64,000 nucleotides of DNA from positions 1,374,269 to 1,438,268 of the forward strand of contig OZ242171.1 in the NCBI GenBank assembly GCA_965205525.1, in the 5' to 3' direction. Source of the stretch: Gammaproteobacteria bacterium (GTDB lineage Bacteria > Pseudomonadota > Gammaproteobacteria > JABABF01). Made by a program: the position numbers and the translations under genes. A model generated the notes under the pieces. That model worked only from the letters and a program-made list of their open reading frames with translations, made no database searches and was not told the DNA's origin. Below are positions 52,981-62,132 of this stretch, piece by piece. Position 1 is the stretch's first letter, and each line of letters opens with the position of its first letter.

Positions 52981-53171
52981 CCCGAGGAAAGAGCATTCTA
53001 TCCTACAAAGCGACATTTGCCGACATGAAGAAAGGCGGCAGGCAGCGACAGCGGGGCCAGACCCGGGTGTGCCCCAAGAGAGCTTGACATTCTTCGGACG
53101 GCGGAACAGAGATCTTCCTCAGTGTCTGCCATCGGATAGGTCAGCGGAGCAGCAGCGTGCCGCTCGCGTTA

Positions 53172-54050
53172 TCAATCATCCAAATTTAGATCGGCAATGC
53201 CGGCTTCGAGCAGCATAGTGGCAAACTTCAAGCCATTGATTAACTCGATATTGTTTTCCCTTGCGTCTTTGATGGCTTCTTCCGAGTATTCCTCGGCGGA
53301 TGAAATCACCCAGCCGATCTGTGCACCGGTTTCATCCTGCGATTCTTGTTTTTGGCCGATGATGTAGGCGATGTACTCTGTATACCATTTGATCAGGAGC
53401 TCGAATTTTTTTGGATTGAGGTCATTTCAAATACGGTCGAGCATTTCCTGTGCCGTTGCTCGCTTGACACTGCATTCAAGCCTGTTGATTTTCCGCGTGA
53501 CCCATCGTGGCGCTATCATGCTCTTGGCTAGGCTGGCATCAGCATACTTGCTGCGTTCCATGTTGACAGCAATTGGCTCCACCTCTCGGAAAAACCCCAA
53601 ATCGGTATTGACATTATCACCCTTGTCACCCTTGCATAAACGCCCATTATCATTTACCCAAAGACGCTCGCCATCTTCGCTTTTTGGCGGCAGGCGGCGG
53701 GCTGCATCCAGTTCGGCCGGAATCAGTGGCCGGTCGGTCAATAGTTGGTACACCGAAAACAATCTGCCCTTGAGTGGGACGACTACCCAGTCGCCTTTCT
53801 TCATGCCGCAAATAAAATGCTCCAAGGAGTTATACTGCCACTTTAGCCATAATGATTTATCAAAGCCTGATTTATTTTTAAAATACTCTTTAAATGCCTG
53901 CCGCGCATCTTTCTCGTTATTGGCATCAGACACGACTTTGACTAATGCTGCATCGGCAGATCCCGAAAAGCCGATTGATAGAATATTATTCTCAATCAGC
54001 GGATACGAGATCGATTCATCTCGTTTTATATAATGGTGCCAAAATTTCAT
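53172..54050 (-). pseudogene. Mrr-like endonuclease paralog lacking the catalytic core, with one in-frame TGA (may still express a 207-aa N-terminal domain)
   Basis: Homologous to 55252-56319 throughout; TGA at 53427-53429, then the frame continues NDLNPKKFELLIKWYTEYIAY...LNLDD; the D..QAK segment is deleted. Confidence 0.85.
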
Positions 54051-54148
54051 AAGCTATCTCGTAGTTGCCAAGTGTAGCCTAGAGTATCCCGCTATACTTC
54101 CACACGGGTTTGATAGTTCCTCCATTATACCTGCTCTCTGAGGCTTAA

Positions 54149-55036
54149 ATGATGAAAGAAGAAACAAAGGCTGACCAGCAAGCAAAAGATTCCCTCCGTG
54201 AATTAGTCCAACACGTTTTTGATCACATAAATGATCCTAAAAACATATCCTATGAAGAGTTAGCTGGGCGTATTGGGAGAAAGAATAAACATGGTCAGCC
54301 TCATGCTCATGGCATAGGCAATGTGCTTGCAAAAATGGGGCATCTTGTTGAACGCATTAGTGGAAAATGGAGCGGGTGGAATGAAAAGATCCCCGACATA
54401 CAAAGTTTAGTTGTTAAAAAAGGTACGGACTTGCCACTTGATGGCATTGAAGAGTTTTGGCCGGATTATCCTACACTCAATAAAAAAGAGAAACGGAATC
54501 AGGTGCAGGCGGAATATAAAAGGATTAAAGAGTTTGGGAGCCGTTGGAACCACGTACTTGCCGCTTTAGATATTCCTCCTATTGAAGAAAGTGACAATCA
54601 GGGAGTTATCCCGTCTAAAATTGGTGGGGGAGGGGAATCACCGGAACATAAGGCGTTAAAAATATATGTTCGTGATAATCCTGATCTGATCATTAAAGGT
54701 GTTGCGCCTGAACCAGAACCAGTTGTAGAGTACCCCTTTCCTTCTTGTGACAGAGTAGACGTTCTTTTTAAGTACTCAGACCAATGGATTGCTGTAGAAG
54801 TGAAATCTAGAATTTCAGATAGTATTGATTGTGAACGAGGCATATATCAATGCGTTAAGTATCGCGCCCTCCTTGAAGCAATGAAGAAAGATAGTGAGTA
54901 TGATGTGCCTGAAAAGATACAGGTTGTTTTGCTGTTGGAGAATCACCTGCCAAAAAAACTTAAGCCCAAAGCAGAGCGTTTGAATATCAAAGTAATTGAA
55001 GGCATTAAAGTTCCAAAGGAAAAGTCGGGGAAGTAA
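54149..55036 (+). CDS. Hypothetical protein with wHTH-like N-terminus and C-terminal PD-(D/E)XK nuclease domain
   Basis: ISYEELA..IG; GGGGES.EH..LK; EY.FPS.DRVDVLF...AVEVKS; RGIYQCVKY; AT-rich. Confidence 0.75.
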   Translation: MMKEETKADQQAKDSLRELVQHVFDHINDPKNISYEELAGRIGRKNKHGQPHAHGIGNVLAKMGHLVERISGKWSGWNEKIPDIQSLVVKKGTDLPLDGIEEFWPDYPTLNKKEKRNQVQAEYKRIKEFGSRWNHVLAALDIPPIEESDNQGVIPSKIGGGGESPEHKALKIYVRDNPDLIIKGVAPEPEPVVEYPFPSCDRVDVLFKYSDQWIAVEVKSRISDSIDCERGIYQCVKYRALLEAMKKDSEYDVPEKIQVVLLLENHLPKKLKPKAERLNIKVIEGIKVPKEKSGK

Positions 55037-55251
55037 AGAGGCACCGCATCTCAAAAGTTCATATAGAATTTTCCGGGTTCAGGAAATTCAAGGAGATATT
55101 ATTCCTTAACTGGACTGTCACATCTATTGAACCACTTCAGTTGTCCCTCGCCGGGCTGATGGCAGCTTACACGCTATTCGGGCTGTGGCTGCTGTCTACG
55201 CTGGCCACCGGATAGGTCAGCGGAGCAGCAGCGTACCGCTCGCGCTATCAA

Positions 55252-56319
55252 TCACCCAATATCTAGATTGGCAATGCCGGCTTCGAGCAGCATAGTGGCA
55301 AACTTCAAGCCATTGATTAGCTCGATATTGTTTCCCCTTGCGTTTTTGATGGCTTCTTCCGAGTATTTGTCGGCGGATGAAATCACCCAGCCGATCTGTG
55401 TACCGGTTTCATCCTGCGCTTCTTGTTTTTGGCTGATGTAGGCGATGTACTCTGTTATTTGTTCAACCGCCCACCCATCGGCTTCACCTTCATAATGTTT
55501 GGCCTGCACATAGATCGTGGTTCTGAGTGGCTTGAAGTGGGCCACTATATCCGCATCGCCGGATTTACCCGATTCATTCTTGGCCGGGATGTAAGCATTA
55601 GTTGCACCGATGCGCTCAAAATACCATTTGATCAGGTGCTCGAATTTATCCGGATTGAGATCAGTGCGAATACTTTTGAGCACTCTCTGCGCCGAGTCGC
55701 TGATTATATCCTCGTATAGATTGATTGGGCTGTTATTTTTCTTACCGTTGATTGCTCGTTCGATACTATCGCAAAGATCTTTGATTTCCAGCGTAGTCTG
55801 TCGCGCTTTCATGCGCGAGGTCAGTCTGGCATCAGCATACTTGCTGCGTTCCATGTTGACAGCAATCGGCTCCACCTCTCGGAAAAATCCCAAATCAATA
55901 ATATTGGCATTGTCACCCTCGCATAAATGTCCATCATCATTTATACGAATAGGCTTGCCATCTCCGCCTATTTTCCGCAGGAGGTCTGCATCTAATTCAG
56001 CCGGAATCAGCGGCTGGTCGGTCAATAGTTTGTACACTGAAAACAAGCCGCCCTGGAGTGGGACGACTACCCAGTCGTCTTTCCTCATGCTGTAAATAAA
56101 ATGCCACAAGTGGTTATACCGTCCTAATGATTTATCAAAGTCTGGGTTATTTTTAAAAGCCTCTTCATATGCCTGCCACGCACCCTTGTTGGCATTAGAC
56201 ACGGCTTTGACAAATTCTGCGTTGGCAAATGCCGAAAAGCCGATTGATAGAATATTATTCTTAATCAGCGGATACGAGATCGATTTATGATGTGTTATAC
56301 GGTGTTGCCAAATATTCAT
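55252..56319 (-). CDS. Mrr-family (type IV-like) restriction endonuclease with N-terminal putative recognition domain
   Basis: L.PDKFEHLI, GDADIVA...IYVQAK, IELING Mrr_cat motifs; N-terminal D.VVVP segment resembles EVE/PUA-like domains. Confidence 0.85.
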   Translation of the reverse strand: MNIWQHRITHHKSISYPLIKNNILSIGFSAFANAEFVKAVSNANKGAWQAYEEAFKNNPDFDKSLGRYNHLWHFIYSMRKDDWVVVPLQGGLFSVYKLLTDQPLIPAELDADLLRKIGGDGKPIRINDDGHLCEGDNANIIDLGFFREVEPIAVNMERSKYADARLTSRMKARQTTLEIKDLCDSIERAINGKKNNSPINLYEDIISDSAQRVLKSIRTDLNPDKFEHLIKWYFERIGATNAYIPAKNESGKSGDADIVAHFKPLRTTIYVQAKHYEGEADGWAVEQITEYIAYISQKQEAQDETGTQIGWVISSADKYSEEAIKNARGNNIELINGLKFATMLLEAGIANLDIG

Positions 56320-56405
56320 AAGCTATCTCGTAGTTGCCAAGTGTAGTCTAGAGTATCCCGCTGCGCTTCCACACGGGCTTGATAGTGCCTCCATTCTATC
56401 TTCTA

Positions 56406-56490
56406 TCTGCTCTTTCTTCAAACTCGCAAAAACTCTCTGCCACCGCATTGTCCCAGCAGTCGCCCTTGCGGCTCATGCTGCCAACCAGGC
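56406..56490 (-). mobile_element. IS3-family transposase relic
   Basis: Minus strand reads GSMSRKGDCWDNAVAESF, then frameshifted SLKKE, which is the conserved IS3 integrase-core motif. Confidence 0.85.
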
Positions 56491-56617
56491 TTGGCGCGCA
56501 CCGTGGCCCTCTCTGTGAAAGCCACGGAGGGTGCGCTGATTTGCAGGGAAGTTTCTGCCATTTTCCGTTTTGCCTGGCAACGGCTATGCCCGGAGAAAGC
56601 CAAGTTATGGCCGCACC
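56491..56617. repeat. 127-bp direct repeat, copy B (truncated erpA 5' end)
   Basis: Encodes [23 protein letters not shown] versus erp[24 protein letters not shown]. Confidence 0.95.
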
Positions 56618-56628
56618 TCCAAGAGGGC

Positions 56629-56930
56629 TTGGTTCTTGATCATCTGGTCTTTCAGACCGTTGCGATCAATCATCAGGAGGACGGTCAGCTTGTCCGCTGC
56701 GGGCGCGCGAAACAGCTGCCCCACCGTCTTGATCATGGTGAAAGTCTTACCGCTGCCTAGGTGTGCCAGACGAGGCTGCAGGTGCGCCCGGGATCAAGGG
56801 CGCAGCTGACGGTCGCCCCCACCGCGCCGGTTTGGTGCTGGCGCAGGGTTATTTGTTCAGCTCCTCATCTCTCTCGGCAAAGACGATGTGGCCCTTCAGG
56901 AAGGCGAGCACCTGCGGGGTGGAGCAGAGA
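56629..56930 (-). pseudogene. hsdR: Type I restriction subunit HsdR fragment
   Basis: Across two frameshifts: QVLAFLKGHIVFAERDEELNK / LRQHQTGAV...LVWHT / GSGKTFTMIK...TVLLMIDRN.LKDQM (HsdR WHTQGSGKT Walker A region). Confidence 0.85.
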
Positions 56931-56941
56931 ACCATCACGAA

Positions 56942-59900
56942 CTACCTGTAAATCTCCTCCAAGCGATGGGTGAGTTGCCGTGCCTTTGGCCAGCCTGCTT
57001 CAACGAACAAGTCTAGAACCCTTAGTAGCTCGACGAAACAATCGGATTCCTTGCCGTCTGTGCTCTGAAAAATGTCGCGGTGGTCAGCAAGTGCCCGCTG
57101 AATAAGCTCCACCACTTCCTCCATGGCTAGTGATTCATACTGATATCCATCTTCGGAACTCGAAGTGATGGTGCTTGCGGCGGTCAGGAAGATTTCACGC
57201 GGCGAGCACGGGAGTAAATGGTGGAGGGTTTCGACCACTCGATGGACGATGTGAAGTGCAAGCTCCTCAGCCAATGCTTGGAAAAGGTCGGCGGATTCAG
57301 TCCAAAACCGCTGCTGCTGCGGTTTGGTCAGGTGGGCTTCTTCCTTGTTTTGCTTGTCTGCAAAAGTGCCGCTGGCGAAATAGAGTTGCATCGCAATGCC
57401 ATCCACCAATTGCAAGGTTCGATCGATGGCCTCCTCAGTGCTTTCTACCTTATCGGAATGACCAGCAGCACGAAGTGATCGCCAACATTCTCTGTGTTGC
57501 TGGAGCTTTGCCTGCGCTGCGGGCAGCAGCTTTCCAAAGAATCCCCAGGTGCGTTTCCGAGCAGTCTCTTCGACATCCACAATCTGCACGGCATCGCCGG
57601 CAGTTAGCCAGGAGCGACAGGAGTCCAGTTGAGCGCGGAGTGCCTGGCTGGCATGTTGCTGGTCACATTCGGCGATGAGGCCATCAATGTAGGACTCGCT
57701 CTCTGCGTCACCTGTTCGCAGGAAGTGGAACAAGTGTGCATGAGCCAACGACTTGTGAATATGGTGTTCCTCAGGCGCGCTTCGCCTGGCGCGCTTGGCG
57801 ATTCGAGTTAGCCGCGGCTTCACTTCATCTGCGGACTGAACCCACAAGCCGTTGAGTGACAGCAGGACTTCATTTAGAACAAAGAAACTCTGCTCATAGC
57901 AAATAAAGCAGTCTATGAGCTGCCACATGATGTCCGGTGCTAACTTCTCCAACACCACAAGCTGACGGCCCAATTCGAATCGCACAGGATGTGACTTATC
58001 CCTGCACAGCCTTAGCAGAGCGGCGGTGATCGCCGGGTCAGACTTCCCGAAACTTTTGACAAAGAATAGTAGCCCTCTAGCAGCATCGACACGCGGTGCA
58101 GGCCAGCTGTAACTCAGCCAGCGACCTTCCTTGGCATCTTCGTTTTCAGACGGCTTGGGTAACGGATCACTGGAAGCTTTCAGTAAAATGCGGCGCACCG
58201 TTTCCCATCGTTCATTCGTTGCAGGCCAATCCGCATGGCGAACAATACTTTCGCACGCGCTGACGAGGTGTCCCCACAGCTCACCAGTCATTTCGTGGTG
58301 CTCTGGGCGATACTGGCGCACTGCGCGTTCACACTGCCCCACGACCGGCCAATGCTGCTCAATTGTGCCCACGGTAACTTTGCCGCCGTCCCGCTCAAGG
58401 AGAGGATTGAGCTCCTCTCGCAGCCGAAAAAGCTCCGCGTTCACCGGGTCTTTCAAACTAACGCCGCGCTGCTCTAGCAATTCCTCGTCGGAAGGCTTAT
58501 GCCAGGTGGTACGGATGCCCTCAGGTTCACTATTCACCGGGAGGGGCCTTTGCTCCGCGCGCTGCAATTGCAACGCCCGGACGACGGACGAGACGATGTC
58601 GGCTTCATCCAATGCGCCAAGCAGCTTGTTCTGAGCATCCTCCAGCCAACTCGGCATCGGTTCGCGGGGTTCGTCTTGGAGGAATCGGGCAGTTTGAGGC
58701 AGATCGAGAATTAACTTTTCCAGTCGTTCGCGCAGCGAAGCATCACCAGCCTTGTGTAGCGCGGCGAAAAGCAATGTCCCTCCGTAGCAATAGTCGGGGT
58801 GGGTCAGGAAGAGTGACTCTGCCAGCACCGGCTCAAGCTCCCGGCCAAGCGTAGCTGGATGATTCGCCCCCGCCTTCAAGAAAGCTCCCCACATTAGCGA
58901 TGTGCGATTTCGAGCGGCGAAATGGTCGAGCGCGGTGCACAATCGCTCAGCATCATCAGCGGCGGCCCATTCATCGAGCAGCGTCTCAAATTGCGAAAGG
59001 ATGCGGTACTCGTTGTGCTCGTTGTGCTCGTAGTCCCGGTCCCCGATAGACTCGTAGTCCTCGACGAGTTCACATTTGATCCTGCGAAAGCGAATCGTCG
59101 CCACGACACTCTCGCCCGATTCACGCGGCTCGCCGTGACGTCGCACGGCTGCATTCAATGCAATGCATGCGAGATCCGTCATCAAGCCAGCGTTCGTACC
59201 GCTCCTGCTTTGGTAATACTCTGCTAGGGAATAATGGATACTTTTCCATTTATCGCTGCTCTGCATCCGCATCCGCATGATGGCACCCCCAAAGTTTTCC
59301 CATTCACCCGAAGTTGGCTCCGTCGAAAAAGCCGCGTCGAAAAGGCTCAAAACCACGGCGTCGCCTTTGCTGCCGAGATGCTCGAGCTGGTGAGAAAAAT
59401 CGAAAAGGTCACTGTGCGGGAAATGGGCCAGCCGTTGAGGAGTGAGGAGCGAACATAGCGCAGCCTCGCTCTCGGGAATCGCGACCTTGAGCGTCCTGCA
59501 AACCGACTCAATCGCAGTACGCGCCGCGTATCGCAAGCCCTTCGAAACATCCTTCGCGACATGATGCGCCAGCACTCCCCGCGCAGCCGAGTTGAGATCG
59601 CGCAACTGGGCTGTGTCGAAGCTGCCGCTGACCCCATTGAGCCGTGCGAGGATCTGGACGAGGGGTATTTCCAGCGAAGGACGGCCTGGGAGGAGTGCGG
59701 ACAACTTCACGGCAAAGACGCACCACGCACCAGCACCAGCGCAAATCGCCGCGTCATCTGCATCCTGCAACCCAGAAGTCATGTGCCGGAGAGCTTTCTC
59801 CGCAGGCGAATCTTCGCTCATCGATTGCTGAACCTCTGCAAAGAGCGGGTTCAAATCAGTGAGTGTATCCACCCGTCTTGCTGCTAGTATCGGCGCGAGA

Positions 59901-61981
59901 ATCCGGGTGATTCCGTACAACTCCACGATGCTTTCCATTTTCAGCGCACTTGTCCAAAAACCCTCGCGGGTATCCTGCCCGTCCCAAAGTTCCTCCAAAG
60001 CGAACAGAAAGCTCTGGCGATAGAAAATGGGCAACAGCGGTTCACTTACTGCAAACTTGGCGAATCGCTCAGACACAGAAGGAATCAGCAAACGTGCGAT
60101 AGCGTAGTCGTGAAGCAGGTGATGGGAGAACCGCAGTTCGTCTTCGCCAGCCGGGCTGCCGTGTCGGAGAATGGGAGATTGGAGAATGCCGCGGCTGCGA
60201 AGCTCGTCAGTGGCATCAATCTCCGATGCACCAAATGCAACCTCCTGCGTCGAGAGTGCCATGCTTCGAAGCTCCGTCATTCCGCTGCAAATGGCTTTAA
60301 GCGCGACTTTTCGGTGACCCGCACCGGCACCATCCGTCACCCGCGCTTTCCAGAATCTCCGCAACAGAATCGCCGGGCTGCTCCAGTCGGCGAGCCGAGT
60401 AGGCGAAACGCCATCTTTCAACAGCTCCGCGGCGAGTCGGAGGAAAAATGGGGAGCGATAAATGCCATCAGCGCGGGGATTCTTGCGGGCACTATCTATG
60501 AACGGGCTGATTTCCACAGCCTTTTCCGCAAGTTCATCAAGCTTAGTTTCCGCCAAACCCGTCACATGAAAATGCGAGATGCCGGAGAACTCGCCCGAAC
60601 AGTATCCGGCGACTCCATCGCCGGGGAATGCTTCGCGCAACTCGCGTCCATGCTTCAGGTCGAACTCACGCACGCTAGCAACCACCGTCCATCCTGAAGT
60701 TCCCTGCTGCACGTTTTGGAGCAGGCGGCGCAACAGCCCTTGGGTCTCCCCATCGCGCACTGCATCCAGCGCGTCCATAATGAGCATACCTTTTGCGCCG
60801 TCGGGCCAGTGGGCTAGCACATCATCCAGCGCGTGAACAAGCCCTGGCAAATTTGCCGAACCTTTCCAGTCACGCTCAAAAACTTCCTCGGCCAGCAGCA
60901 ACACGACGGGGGTGCCTTCTTTACTTAGCTCTTGGGCCAAAGGGTGAATCAGCCCGCTTTTACCACAACCCGGGTCGCCGGTGACGAGGAGATGTCCTCT
61001 CTTCGCTGCCGCAGTCATCGCCGCCAGTTCTTCCTTGCGAGAGATATGAATATCGCCCTTCGCAAACCGTAGCAATGTGTGGTCTTTAAGACGGTCGAGA
61101 TTGCAAGCCGTCAGGCGGCGCAGGAATTTGACATCGTTTGCAAAGCCATGCGTAGGTTTCAGCTTCAGGCCCCCGGACACGAGCATCTCGCAGAGCGAGG
61201 CAGGGGTTGTTCGCAGCCCCAGCTGGTTGGCTTGGTTAAAGTGACGTTCTAGCTCTTTCCATATTTGGTGCGAATCGTCTGGATTTTCCGCCAATGATCT
61301 GCGAATTGTTTCCTCCGCAGCTTGTTCATGATGAAGGTCGACACCGAAATCAAAAACCGCTACGTGAATCATTCGCATGAATTCGCTTAGCTCTGCCTCC
61401 TCCGGCACTTTGTTAATGGCCGATTTCCAATTACTCTTCGTCTTCTCAAGCAGAATCTTGATCGCCTTCTTTTCTTTGGGCGGACGGCGTTGAAGGAAGC
61501 CTGTCAAGCTCTCGCTGGCATCTTCGCGAAAAGTATCCAATGCTGTGCGTAAGACTTGAGTCATGTTAGCGCCAGCAGACGAGGGCACCGCCCACATAAG
61601 CCGACTCTCTGGTCGTTGTTCAGGTGTAAGCTGATGGAACTGTCGCACAAAAGAACCAATAACTTCGGAGAAGGCAGGGCTCTTTGCCGTGATGGCAATC
61701 CTCTTTGCCCGATATTTTGCTGAAATGAAGACTTTGGGTTGAATCTCCCCGAGCAAAGTAACCACAACATCGTCCACCGGCTCTGCGTCCTGCATGGTGA
61801 TTGCAGCAATATCTCCGCCATTGATGCCGTTCCAAACTACGCAGCTATTCCCTGCGAGCATTCCCACCGCGATGCTAGCAGCCACTTGAGCCTCATAACC
61901 GACGCCAGTAGCAGTTGCACGACCGCCAAAATTATTAGCTCGCTTTTGGACAGATTTCTGATTGGGCTCTTTCTTTTTCAC
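56942..61981 (-). CDS. Large STAND (AVAST/Avs-like) NTPase: N-terminal nuclease-like domain, P-loop, helical-repeat C-terminus
   Basis: G..YE / PVDD / FISAK N-terminus; LLVTGDPGCGKS Walker A; LIMDALD Walker B; VASVR; SPFFL; F.HHLLHDY winged helix; about 1000 aa helical tail. Confidence 0.85.
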   Translation of the reverse strand: MKKKEPNQKSVQKRANNFGGRATATGVGYEAQVAASIAVGMLAGNSCVVWNGINGGDIAAITMQDAEPVDDVVVTLLGEIQPKVFISAKYRAKRIAITAKSPAFSEVIGSFVRQFHQLTPEQRPESRLMWAVPSSAGANMTQVLRTALDTFREDASESLTGFLQRRPPKEKKAIKILLEKTKSNWKSAINKVPEEAELSEFMRMIHVAVFDFGVDLHHEQAAEETIRRSLAENPDDSHQIWKELERHFNQANQLGLRTTPASLCEMLVSGGLKLKPTHGFANDVKFLRRLTACNLDRLKDHTLLRFAKGDIHISRKEELAAMTAAAKRGHLLVTGDPGCGKSGLIHPLAQELSKEGTPVVLLLAEEVFERDWKGSANLPGLVHALDDVLAHWPDGAKGMLIMDALDAVRDGETQGLLRRLLQNVQQGTSGWTVVASVREFDLKHGRELREAFPGDGVAGYCSGEFSGISHFHVTGLAETKLDELAEKAVEISPFIDSARKNPRADGIYRSPFFLRLAAELLKDGVSPTRLADWSSPAILLRRFWKARVTDGAGAGHRKVALKAICSGMTELRSMALSTQEVAFGASEIDATDELRSRGILQSPILRHGSPAGEDELRFSHHLLHDYAIARLLIPSVSERFAKFAVSEPLLPIFYRQSFLFALEELWDGQDTREGFWTSALKMESIVELYGITRILAPILAARRVDTLTDLNPLFAEVQQSMSEDSPAEKALRHMTSGLQDADDAAICAGAGAWCVFAVKLSALLPGRPSLEIPLVQILARLNGVSGSFDTAQLRDLNSAARGVLAHHVAKDVSKGLRYAARTAIESVCRTLKVAIPESEAALCSLLTPQRLAHFPHSDLFDFSHQLEHLGSKGDAVVLSLFDAAFSTEPTSGEWENFGGAIMRMRMQSSDKWKSIHYSLAEYYQSRSGTNAGLMTDLACIALNAAVRRHGEPRESGESVVATIRFRRIKCELVEDYESIGDRDYEHNEHNEYRILSQFETLLDEWAAADDAERLCTALDHFAARNRTSLMWGAFLKAGANHPATLGRELEPVLAESLFLTHPDYCYGGTLLFAALHKAGDASLRERLEKLILDLPQTARFLQDEPREPMPSWLEDAQNKLLGALDEADIVSSVVRALQLQRAEQRPLPVNSEPEGIRTTWHKPSDEELLEQRGVSLKDPVNAELFRLREELNPLLERDGGKVTVGTIEQHWPVVGQCERAVRQYRPEHHEMTGELWGHLVSACESIVRHADWPATNERWETVRRILLKASSDPLPKPSENEDAKEGRWLSYSWPAPRVDAARGLLFFVKSFGKSDPAITAALLRLCRDKSHPVRFELGRQLVVLEKLAPDIMWQLIDCFICYEQSFFVLNEVLLSLNGLWVQSADEVKPRLTRIAKRARRSAPEEHHIHKSLAHAHLFHFLRTGDAESESYIDGLIAECDQQHASQALRAQLDSCRSWLTAGDAVQIVDVEETARKRTWGFFGKLLPAAQAKLQQHRECWRSLRAAGHSDKVESTEEAIDRTLQLVDGIAMQLYFASGTFADKQNKEEAHLTKPQQQRFWTESADLFQALAEELALHIVHRVVETLHHLLPCSPREIFLTAASTITSSSEDGYQYESLAMEEVVELIQRALADHRDIFQSTDGKESDCFVELLRVLDLFVEAGWPKARQLTHRLEEIYR

Positions 61982-62132
61982 AATGCACTAGGCCTCAAGA
62001 TTACGCTGAGCCCGTCGCATTGAGGCCAGCGTGCATGTGCTAGGCCCAACCCCAGTCGCCGGAGAATTTGCCGGAGAATCCGGCTCCGGCGGGAAATGCG
62101 GGCGGGGCTGGCTCGTCCTCAACGCCCGAACA

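Noticed and set aside
53427-53429. Selenocysteine or programmed read-through at the in-frame TGA
   Set aside because: The aligned residue in the paralog is Arg, not Cys, and no SECIS-like hairpin is evident. A nonsense change is the simpler explanation.
59008-59031. 9-bp tandem repeat (EHNEHNE) inside the Avs gene as a phase-variation tract
   Set aside because: It is in frame with only about two copies, so it cannot switch expression.
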